A stretch of 32,768 nucleotides of DNA from Sphaeroforma arctica JP610 (Eukaryota), in NCBI RefSeq assembly GCF_001186125.1, contig NW_014040373.1, forward strand, positions 1-32,768, given 5' to 3'. This document shows, in pieces, positions 1 through 11,400 of the stretch. A model generated the notes under the pieces. That model searched no databases. It was not told where the DNA came from and saw only the letters and a program-made list of their open reading frames with translations. How positions within the stretch are numbered: the stretch's first letter is position 1; each line of letters opens with the position of its first letter. The position numbers and the translations under genes are program-made.

Positions 1-40
1 TGTGTGTGTGTGTGTGTGTGTTTATATATATATATATATA
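1..40. repeat. (TG)n(TA)n microsatellite
   Basis: Read directly from the sequence. Confidence 0.9.
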
Positions 41-2133
41 TTCTCTGTCTGCGTTTGTGTCTGTGTACACGTATATGTGTTTGTGTAAGCGTGGTGGTAA
101 GTTTACTGTACATGATCATTCATGAGTTTGCATATATTAGATTACTTTTTCTATGATTGTTGACTATTTAGTGAAGAAACTTAATCGTCCTAATGCTCAG
201 ATATGGTCAGTCGTATTTATTTGTGCTTTACTTGGCAAGCACGCAGACATACCGTAAAAACCTCGCCATCGATTTCCAGTGCTTTCGGCGGAGATGAGAA
301 ATCTTCTGCACGGCCGATTATAACATACCCACGATGAGTGGAAGTGGGGCCAAATGATGGCTGCTTGTTGTTGATACCCTGTAGCACCTTCATGATTGTC
401 AGGTGGAAGTATTATATTGTGTATTGTTGTGGATTGATATCTGTCTCCACTCACCTACTCCCGTATTTGTATTTATGTGCATATTTTAGCCAATATTCCA
501 AAACTTCTTGTTAAAAAATGGATCTTTCTCAGAGAGAAAGTTCTTTTTCGGGACTCTATTTACAAATGTATGTCTGACTGTATTTATGTTCATAGGGTTT
601 TTTAATGTCATCAATTTCAGCCTATTCTCCTCGTCTATTATAACACAGTGGCCAGAGTATGTGTTTGAATCACACACATCACAAAGAGCACAAATAACAG
701 ATCGCTAGGAATATCAAGGCGTTACGTGTGTGTAAGTAAGCCAATTAGGTAGTATAAAATATAGTGTGAGTACGAAATCTGATAGAAGTTCCGGACAAAC
801 AGTTACCCTATCGATATATTAGACTATGATATAATGAATCGAATTTTTATTGGAGATACATGATGACAATCATGTGGATACCTACAGTTGACTTGCTGAG
901 GTTGCGAGGCAAAGCTATGTCGAAGACGAAGAAACTTCAGGCAATTAATTTCCGCAGACTGTAAGCAGAGGATCGATGTTTATTTTCTGAATACAGAATC
1001 TGAATTATCTCGTTTTGGAGGTTATTATGTATGCCTTTGAAAAAAGATTTTTAACTATTTTTTAACGTGTTGTACTCAAACGATGTACGGGTACAGATCT
1101 TATGACGTAAATATATACACCTAAAACAACACATCATAAAGACATTTTCCCCTGTGCAAGCGACAAACTAATTACATAAGAAGCGATTATTGTTAATATG
1201 GGTATGCCAATCTAAAAATGTTTTAGTTGTGTCCTGAAATATTTTTTCAAAACATGCATCAAACAGTCGGCTATGTATTTTTTTACTAAAAAAAACAAAA
1301 TCGTATTTAGAATATTCACTATTTACGATCGACTGCGACCTTCCCTGCCTGCCCGCCTCCCGGCCTGCCCTCAGACTACTCTCTAGTAGAGGTACTTCCC
1401 ACCACGGTCACCACCCAAGAGGCCATGACCCAGTCACCCAGGACCCAAACGCCAAGAGGGAAACCCCTGGAGCCCGCCGGCCCATCAGTGGTCAGCGACT
1501 CCGAATTCCGGACCCCGGGGGGCCGCCAGCCTTTCTATCAGCACAAAAGAAAATCAAACATCATGACGTAAACAGTTCGCAATACATTTAATAAACAGAG
1601 TAAATATTTTTTTATACAAATAAATACAAACTGGAGGGAGTGATCACCAGAAGAAGAAAAAATTGCCTCAGTGAGTCAGTGACTATTATTTTAGTTATGT
1701 ACTGATAGTCTGACACTATTATTAATGTACAGAGAAGGAATGGTATCAAAATTAATATTTTCTCCAATTGGAGGAATTCCTTATTTGGGCAAATGTTTGC
1801 GATTTCTGGAAATAACTGGACAGTGAAGACTGAAGACTGGGGCACTGGGCGTCTGGGCCGCACTCGGGTCATCTCGGAGGACAACACCGTGACTGATTAG
1901 TGATTACGACAGTCTCGACTTTCGCGTAGATATGTACAAACAAGATATGCGAAACTGACCACAACAACAAGAGCGATATTGTCATCTGTAAAATATTAAT
2001 ATTTACAATATAAACACAAGTGTGAAATCAAATATATAATGTAAACAAGTCCGTTGAATATAAAACAACTGCGTGCTGCTTCCCCTCGCTCAGTATTATT
2101 GCTATCTTAAGTATCAACAGGTAGTAGAACAAT

Positions 2134-3284
2134 ATGGGAAGGTTTAGAGATCGTCGCAACTCGGGCTCTGGCTCAGGCTCCGGCTCTGGTGAAGAGTCCT
2201 CCGATGACGAGGGTCGTCCTCGCACTTACCGCATGCGTGAGAAACTTATCGATATCGGAGACGATTACCAGATCATGTACCTTAAGAATAAGATCCGCCG
2301 AAAGCACGAATTCACAGCCAACAACAAGAAGGCCCGCATTCGTACCACCTTCCACATGCAAACTGCCGATGGTGATACTGTGTACAAGTTCCACAAGAAA
2401 AAGATGCGTCTAAGAGACACGTACGAGATCGAGAACGGTGACGACGACGAGGTAGCCAAGATTCACAAGGATCTCGTCAACATTATCCGCGACAAGTTCG
2501 ATGTATCTCGTGAAGATGGCAATGACAGTAAGTAGCAACAACACTGCTGCGAAGTGATAAGCCTCACCCTTATTTTCAGATGTTATTTTTTGTAGTTCCT
2601 TCGATAAGTTTAACTCTACGCGCTTTTCCTTGCTCGCCCAACCTTTCTAATTGATTATTTTACAATATTCTTTCTAATTTAAATTCTGCAGTCGAAATTG
2701 AGGGCTCGATTATCCGAAAGAACTACGAATACAAGGACAAAGAGACCGGTGAAGTGATCGCCAAGGTGCACGACTGCTGGATTGACCCCGTCGCCGAGGC
2801 CTACGAAATCGAGATCGAGCCTGGACAGGATGTAGCCTTCATTCTGACCATTGCCGCCGCTGTGGAGGCCATGAGTCTGGATGTATGTATATATATACTT
2901 ATATATTGAGTGTGCCTGCAGGCATGCTTGTGTAACTGTCTATGCGGCGCCAGCTGTATCTCAAGCTCTCCCTTGCCATTTGTATGTATGTGGCTGTGTA
3001 TTCTGTATGTCCGTGGTCTTCTCATGTTTTTTGGTTGAAATTGTGATAATCCCATCACTCGTACTTGCCCGCGGATGACCATGCTTTCAAGGTCACATTA
3101 GTGACCAATATATGCTTCCTGTTCGCCTAGTCGCTATCCAGCACAATAATTCCTTCTATTCGCAGTCTTTAGATGGTTTTATCTACGTACGATTGTATGG
3201 ATATCTTTAACTCTTTTTCAAGCTTACCTAACAACGGGCTTCTTCACTTCCTTATAGGACGAGGATGGCTCTGGTTCCGACTAA
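2134..3284 (+). CDS. LURP-one-related (LOR / Tubby-C-like, YxjI-like) protein, 3 exons: 2134-2527, 2692-2882, 3258-3284; 203 aa
   Basis: Donors are GTAAGT (2528) and GTATGT (2883), acceptors TGCAG (2691) and TATAG (3257), and the phases are consistent. Spliced protein: ...YRMREKLIDIGDDYQI...KKKMRLRDTYEIE...VAKIHKDLVNIIRDKFDV...DIEIEGSIIRKNYEY...GEVIAKVHDCWIDPVAEAYEIEIEPGQDVAFILTIAAAVEAMSLDDEDGSGSD*. This matches the LOR pattern of a beta-barrel plus a terminal hydrophobic helix, recognised from memory rather than by search. Confidence 0.88.
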
Positions 3285-5431
3285 GCGTAGCCTCTCGTGG
3301 CGCTATTTTGGGAGCAGCAATACACTCAAACTTGTGATGAACACCTCATACCCGTGTACTAGCTACATTCGAAATAAAATGTATCTAAAATGTTATCATG
3401 GCCTATTGTATCATTTTTATAAATATTGAATACATAAATATCATGTATTTATATGTATATTACATTATGATATATATATATATATATTACATGGTATATT
3501 ATTATATTAATTTATTGTTATGATGATTTATTAGTGTATTCTATTTTTTGTGTAAATGTCATTGTTGGGATATATGCTTCCTCTGTCTCTAGGTAGAGAG
3601 TACTCTCGAACATTCTACCTTGTGAGGAATTTGCAGCATTTCTCAAGAAAAAAAAAGGTATTCGCCTTGTTGTCGAGACTGCACTCGTATCTCTATTATG
3701 TTATCTTAAGGGGCGACAAAACTTACTACATACTTGTTAGCACACGTATTCCGGGACAATACCGGTTTCATAGTTCTAACCCCATGCAGAAGCTGCACTT
3801 CCTCTCATCCACCCTTAACAGTCTGTGCATGAGGAATCTAGTTTCCATCAAGAAGGCATTTATATACTATTTGCGAGGCTGTTATGTTAATCTGTATTTG
3901 AGTTGCAGGCAGTGCAGTGTCTCTGACTGACTGACCTTATACGTGGTTGCGATACGTTGATTGTCACTCCATAGTACTCGGTTATGGTGTTGGGTGGATG
4001 TTTCATAGTATTGGGAGCTAGCGCCGAGTAAGCCGGTACTATACTTGCTCTACCTGACTGCAACCCATGCACACTCCACTGCATATCGGCGCAGTGATAC
4101 GTGAGTTCCCCAAATGCCCGTGATGCGGGCTGAGCCCTCGAACCCTGCGGATAGCAATACCCTCTGCCCGTTGCAACACTATATCTCATCGCCCAATCCA
4201 GGCGCACTGGGTTCACAGTACAAGCCGTCCCAATAGACTGCTGTCTAGTGGGAATGTACGCGCCCTGAACCAGTTCCTCTGTTGCTGTATATACACATGC
4301 GAGGTGTGTCCTCGACTATTCTAGCTTGCCCCAGCCCCCTTCTGCCCGAGCATACGCTGCAAAACGTTGCAAGACGTTATGTAGAGCCACGTCGATCCAA
4401 AGGTATGCTTGACATCGCCTAAGCGTCCTGTGCTGCAGTTCCGCACCATGGCAACCCTGTGTGTGCGGCGCTGCAGGCGTCCGATCTTAATGGGATAGCG
4501 AGGTACATCGCACTTTACAATTACTAGTCCGTTCAGCGTTATTATGCTCGCTAATCTAACGTATACTGTTCTAATCTGCATAGCACTTTGCCCGAAGTAC
4601 GGTATCCCACAGGCCGAAATCGTATAGCGGCTGATGATCTCATAGAATTGCAGATCTGGTGGTTGAAAGCCTAAGTTGGCCCTCCTCAGCGAAATGAGAT
4701 TCCAGGAAAACGCTCGATATATATAAAAGTTCCCATCCGTCGAATAGCTGTGTATGCCCACAATTATTCGGCGGCATGTGGTTCGAGTGTGCTCCTGATG
4801 ACACTGTCCGCACTGATGTCACAACCTTGTTGTGCACTTGAGAAGGTTGTGTTGAGAACTGTATGTGCAGCTGAAGAGGAATCTCAATCTCTCGGAAACC
4901 TTCCACTGCGTATATCTGACAGTGCGGGTATGACTTGCCCTTGCTCACGCCCAACATTTCTGTGGATACCATTTCGGACGTTTATTCCGTTTGGTTCTAT
5001 TTTTACTTTTCTACTTCTAGAGAGTCATGATACCATCCATCGATATGACGGCGATTCACAGATGCCATTGCTCAAAATGCCGTTGAAGAAACTCCGTGCA
5101 TTCAACCGTGTGAGAATGCCAAAGATTTCATCAATCGATGCTTGGGAATGCCATGGATGCCTCTGGTCGAATCATTGAGAAATGCCGCAGACATGCATCG
5201 AACACATGACTGCGACGGCCCTATCAGTCACTCCGCTAGCAGACTGCGAATGTCCTCACATGTCACTCATCAGTGGACAGGCTCATACGTTCTCAATCGC
5301 CCCTCAGAGGGTCAGAAATGTCACAGATCGCCCTCAGCTACTGGTGAACGAGCTAACTAATTTTTTATTCTCTCCGCCTATCTATGTAGATGAACCTCCG
5401 GGATGGCTGTTCCAGTTCAACAGCCCCAAAT

Positions 5432-8400
5432 TTATTCGTCCGCTTCGCCGTCTAGCTTGTCCTCTAATTCGGCGATGGCGTGCTCCATATCCTCGCGCGT
5501 CATCTGCCTCCTGTCGTATCTCCTGAGTTGAGTACCACAAGACAGCAGTCAAACAAATCAGCATCAACTAGAACAAGCGAGGCAGCACGAAGTATGGAAC
5601 GGATGCATGCACATACACATACACATGTGACATGCACATACACATACACATGTGACATGCACATACACATACACATGTGACATGCACATACACATACACA
5701 TGTGAAGGGCGCACGTGCCAGGTGTACATGAATAAGCAATCTGCACGCAAAAATGGAAAACACAGACAATGCACGCACAGGTTGAGAAAGAAAGTATAGG
5801 CAGCAATATGCACGCAAAAATGCAAAACACAGACAATGCACACGCAGGTTGAGACAGAAAGTATAGGCAGGACACACAGGCGACGCAGGGATGAGTTCAG
5901 TACATGAGTGTACGAATATAAGAATTGAGTATATAAATGCCTAATACATGTGTGTGTGTGTGTAGGGCGTAGGCAAATGCAATAGATGTGCGCAGAAGCT
6001 ACAGCACACGAACGCCGTACGAGTACACTCTCAAACTAAACACACACCACAAACGCATACTTATACACATACAGACGTACACATACATACATACATACAC
6101 ACATACATGCAGACATACACGCACTCATCCACACTCACAGGCTCAGAAATCACACACGCACGAAGAACCTCTTTGACCCGTACGCTCAAGAAAGATACAA
6201 AGAGAAGTGCATCTGCGTACCCGTGCGAAGAGTTTTGCGCAGTGGGTGCATGAGATATATTGGATATGTTGGACTCTGTGGCGGGCAATTTCTTGGCTCT
6301 GGCAGTGTCTGTTGTAGGGGCGCCATCAGTTGTAGCCATTCTGGTGAGGGTTGCCGATACGCTCAGTTTAGCCACCAGCCCACTACCAGGGTCGTGGAGA
6401 TCGAATTCGCTATGGTCGTCTCCAGTCGGATTGCTGTCAATGGATAGAATTTAGGAATGGAAATGAATTGGGGCTAAGATTTGGCTCGGGGTGCAGGAAA
6501 AATGGGTGCTGGAAGTGCGGATTTCGGGTGAGAATATAATTGAGATTCAATTGGAATATAAGTGAGTCAATTGGAATCAAAGTGGGATTCAATTGGAATC
6601 AAAGTGGGACTCAATTGGAATCAAAGTGGGACTCAATTGGAATAAAAGTGGAATTCAATTGGAATAAAAGTGGGATTCAATTGGAACAAATGTAGGATTC
6701 AATTGGAATATAAGTGAGATTCAGTTGGACCGTTCGTTGTTAAATGCAATTCACTGCAGAACAGGAACCAATCCACGTGAGAACAATATAGAGATAGTGC
6801 ACACTCACGAGACCAAGCAATCTAACCAAGGCAATAAACCCTGAATCCCCTCTCCTTATGCATTGAATCACAAACAAAAGAAGAACACGAACAACACGTC
6901 AATACACTGGCCTCAGGTCGGGGACAAATGTCTTCCGCTCTCCTGACACAAGGCTCGTTCATTGGTCCTTACTAAACATCTCACCTCCAATCGCATCATC
7001 TCACAAACAACTTACCGGAGCACGAATTCTATGTGGGGCAGTGCGATGGAGCCAGAGGTGGTCTGTGCTGTGTTGCTGGTGTCTGGTAGTAACATCTTGG
7101 CCACTCCCACGCCAAACAGCTTAGACACGCCACCCAGGTCATCGAACATTTCAATCTCTATGCTATCTGATGTGTGTTCCTGCATGGAGCATGGTATGCC
7201 GTTTGTGTTAATACGTTTATAGCATATACGCTGTCAGCCATAATCTGTATTAGAATTGTCTGTCTTGCTTAGATGTGGCTTGTTTAATACCGCTTGTGCA
7301 GGAGATAGAAAGTGGTCCGACTTTAATATATTCTCATGCTAATTATGTTCCCACACACCAACCCAATCTCGTATGTCCATGAATATCAATTTCTCACTTT
7401 GTCACATACCTAATTGATTTTGAACTGTGCTCACACGGCAAATAACCGTCGCACATCAGAAAACATCCAGCTCTTAAACACCCAAAGAAATTAATACACC
7501 AACTAATATCAAGTACTCTCATACCAGAACCATTTCGTACGTTGATTCTATCATTTCCTTACAGACACACCTTTAGTTTCATGCATAATGACATAATATA
7601 TTATCGAATTCTCACATGCCAAATTAATCTCGTATGTCAGTGTAGCACCAGACCAATCGGGCACCGCCGTGCGTGAGGAGGGCGTCTTCTTGCGTTGGCA
7701 ATTGACTAGAACAAACAGATTCCGGTTCGGTTTTCGCTTGGAATCGGACACCTGTCATGCGAATACAAGTCTAGTTGTACGTTAAATTGTAAGGGAGATC
7801 TGTGTCGGTTTGAAAGTGTTTGCATTGTTCGTTCTTTATAGATCTTCTATGTGTAGTAGGTTCCGATAGCAGAACTTCCATTCAGGGATTGAAGCACATG
7901 ATACAACTTTCCATACACCATCCCTTACCATTTAAACGTAATGCTACTTTTAGAGGCGTCTCGAAACCACATCAAGAAACACGTGCGCAGAAACTGGCGT
8001 ATGCGCATAAGAACTTATTAGACCTGCCTTTGTAAAGCCTATACGATGTGCCTGTGCGTGCAAGATATGATAGATACGTCCAACACAACAACACTTGCGA
8101 CAGGCAAAGACAAGTGCCCATACGCCGCATGTAAGCGCTACTGCATGACATGACAAAGAAATGGCCAGCTAATAAGCTCATGGTGTACATGTGGCTTCTG
8201 TGAGTCACACTCGAAGCCACCCAAACAATACAGTTCGGGACAGCCGCCATTGCGTTAGAGATTGTTCACAGGGCAGGGCAAGACAAGACAAGAACGACCA
8301 ACTCTTTTAACCAGTGGAATGTGGCGCAGCAGTCACGTGGGCCTCCATGCTTGGCAATAGAACCGATCCAGCATTCACAATGTGTGGTCAACTAGCTCAA

Positions 8401-11400
8401 TACGCATACAACTGGCTAGTGAGGTTCACTTACCTTTGACAGGGTGCATTTGGGAAAGCGCAGCTTCAAGCGATGCGTGGGTTCCTTATCATGGTTACTG
8501 TTCGGTGTCAAAACAAGCCAATGAAATGAGCGCATTGCGGAACGAACGAATGGCTGGAATATATCCCTTAGTAACACTGTACATGCCTTATTGCGCCAAT
8601 ATGTTGAGTATGTGAAAAATGTACAAACAGAAGTGTTTTTGGGAATCAGTTTTTTCACCGGCGCAAAGCTAAGCAAGAAAAATTGGCACTACAAGTACCA
8701 ATTGAAAGCTTAAAAGGAAACCCGAGCACGCGGTATAGAAAGCACGGGCACGAAACATGAACACTCATGTGTGCATAGATCTCTGTAAACACACAAAATA
8801 GGTCAAGGAGACAGCACAGCAAGACACGGCCATTGGTAAGTGTCTAAGTGGAGCGATACAAAGGCGCATACGTGCAATGCAGACAACCCATATGGGGTAG
8901 ACGTCTACGAATACAAAATAAGTCTATGAGCTGACCGCTAGAACAACCCCACAGATAGTGCGCCATCGAGAAGGGCTTCCCATGTGCACGTGGTGTATAC
9001 TGGCCCTGTTTTTCAAGCTACACAATCACACAATTTGCGCGCCAACTTCTCGCTGACCTGCTTATTGAGTTCTCTACCCGTATTCCATTCATCACGCATT
9101 AGGTAGAGGATATTGTCGGGCCCTGAACAAGAGTAGCGTGTACTGGCGTATAGCTTTTAGGGTTTAGGTTTTTTTTACCCTAAACCCTAAAACCTTAAAA
9201 CGTTAAAACGCCCCGGCCAATTGTCTGGGACGCAATGCGATTACAAACACGGTATATGCGAACTAGGTTTGCCCTGAATACAGAAATTGAATAGATACAT
9301 CGCAATCAAATATATTCAGAGACTGAAAACCTTGAAATTGGGACTAAATGTCATTTAAAAAAGGTCCTCATACGCATGAAACGCTTCACCTCCTCACATA
9401 GAAAATCACATACGTATATGGGATGGTGATGGCACCAGGGAACACCATCTCGTCTAAAATTATTTTTTTGATCTTTCTTTCCAAGAAACTGGCAATCTGT
9501 GCAGTGTAGATGAAGCAACGCAGGGCGTGAGAGTCGAAACCACTTCTGTTTGTTCTGTTGCCGAGGTGGAGATTTCTGTTTGAATTTTTGCGGATATTTG
9601 CACACATGTACGCGTGTGTATTTCTGCACCATATACAGATATACGTTCATATGTGTTCTTATAGCGTATATCCTCTCGCCAGTGTGAATTACGATGTTTT
9701 GATGTACACCAATACACGTGCATGTGAATGCTCACGCCTGTGTTTCGACGAATGTATATGTCAGACTAAGCACATAAACAAATCAAATCAAAAATTGTTC
9801 CCAACTCTAAACCAACTACACTGTGCAGATATGGGGATTGCCTATGCAAGCGACTGCCACTTTGACACCTCATGACACCAGACGGATGTCCCACTTCACA
9901 CCGCGGCCGAAACTCGGACATCGCGTTAGAGGCACGGCACAACTACCCTTAGACATACGCAACAGATACCGGAAGCATGCTGCTAATTTCACAATCAAGC
10001 CATCCAGAATCTGTAGCTTGCCATTTCCTGGGTAGGCCAAGACCACCCATATGAAACGCGAAAGCGCCATTGTACGCACGCCATGTTGGTCACTTTAAAC
10101 GCACCCGGTCTTACACTAGGCGACTTTCACTCGCATGCACCTAGTGATCCCTATAACAAACCTTGGGTGACACAAAGGAACCGGCCTTGAAGCGCATCCT
10201 GAGTTCGATTAGCGGCGCTTCGTTGAAACACACCTGCAAGTGCGTCGTATTGGATCCTGCACACACACGACGGAAGACATAACAAGAAGCAATAATGAGG
10301 ATTTTAGATACAACGTCATGATGCAGTGAACCCTTCGCGTGCTCTATTTCTGTACGCCTTCCTTCGCCTATCCATGTGCAAATTCTCGAGTACGTGTGTC
10401 TTATGTCTGCGGATTGCATGGAAACTACGATCCCTATGGCTATAGCTAGTACCAAACGGGCGCGGAGTTAAACAAGACCTAGAAGAGTACATACTTCATA
10501 GCTAACTAGATATGCAAACTGAGGCCTTAGCTAAGTACATAGAGCCGCAATCGACGGGGTGCTCATGCAATATATCAAATACAGCCAATAATACACATAG
10601 CACAAAGTACAGCTCACAACCACAAGGGGCCAATACACGCATACTTATCGCCAAGCTGCCCTTAATCAGAGGAATGGACACCGTAATCTGTATCTGAAGG
10701 TTTAGAGCCGTCAGCATGGCTTCGGCACGGCATTTGATACCACCTTCGTACTCCAATGTGGCCGATACCAAGGACTGGCTCTCATCAGCCATGATTAACT
10801 GCACGGACCGCAGCTGTGGTAGTTGCTCGCCCATCTGGACTGGTACGATGGGATAGTAAAAGCAGTACATGAAAAAACTGGGCTGTATTACTTCTTCGCA
10901 TATCTGATTGATGATACAGAATAGCAAAGTGCGGTACAATAAGAAGTGTGGGCTATGGGCCACACTCGCCCATCTGACCTGACTTAACAGAAGGATAAAG
11001 TGCGGTCCATGGAATTGCGGGGTGTGATACTTTTTATCCCATTCGGATGATGTGATGGAATGAAGGGGTGTGGTAAATGAATATACTGGGCCATATTAAT
11101 TCGTTGCCCATCTGGACCTATTTAACCGTATAACGTAGCGTGGTACAAGGAGTGTGAGCTGTGGTACTTGCTCGCCCATCAGCCACATGAGATTTGTGGG
11201 CTGTGCTACCTACACACAATCTAGACAGACATGACCAAGTGCTACAGTGTGGTACATGAGAATACTGGGCTATATCACTTCACTGCCCATCGCTCTAATG
11301 GGGAAGTCTCACCAATCATTCACAAGGAAACTGCACTATAACCATCACCACATGCATTGTCAGTGAATAACATCAACGCCGACGACGCCAGCATGTCACA

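Noticed and set aside
3887..4216. LDWAMRYSVATG resembling a receptor-like kinase motif, and ENAKDFINRCL (~5113) resembling kinase subdomain XI
   Set aside because: They lie on opposite strands, and no HRD, DFG or APE motifs were found nearby, so they are probably chance matches.
6534..6729. Regular repeat with palindromic CAATTG core resembling a CRISPR array
   Set aside because: The units are contiguous 22-mers with no unique spacers, no cas genes are present, and it lies in a spliceosomal intron.
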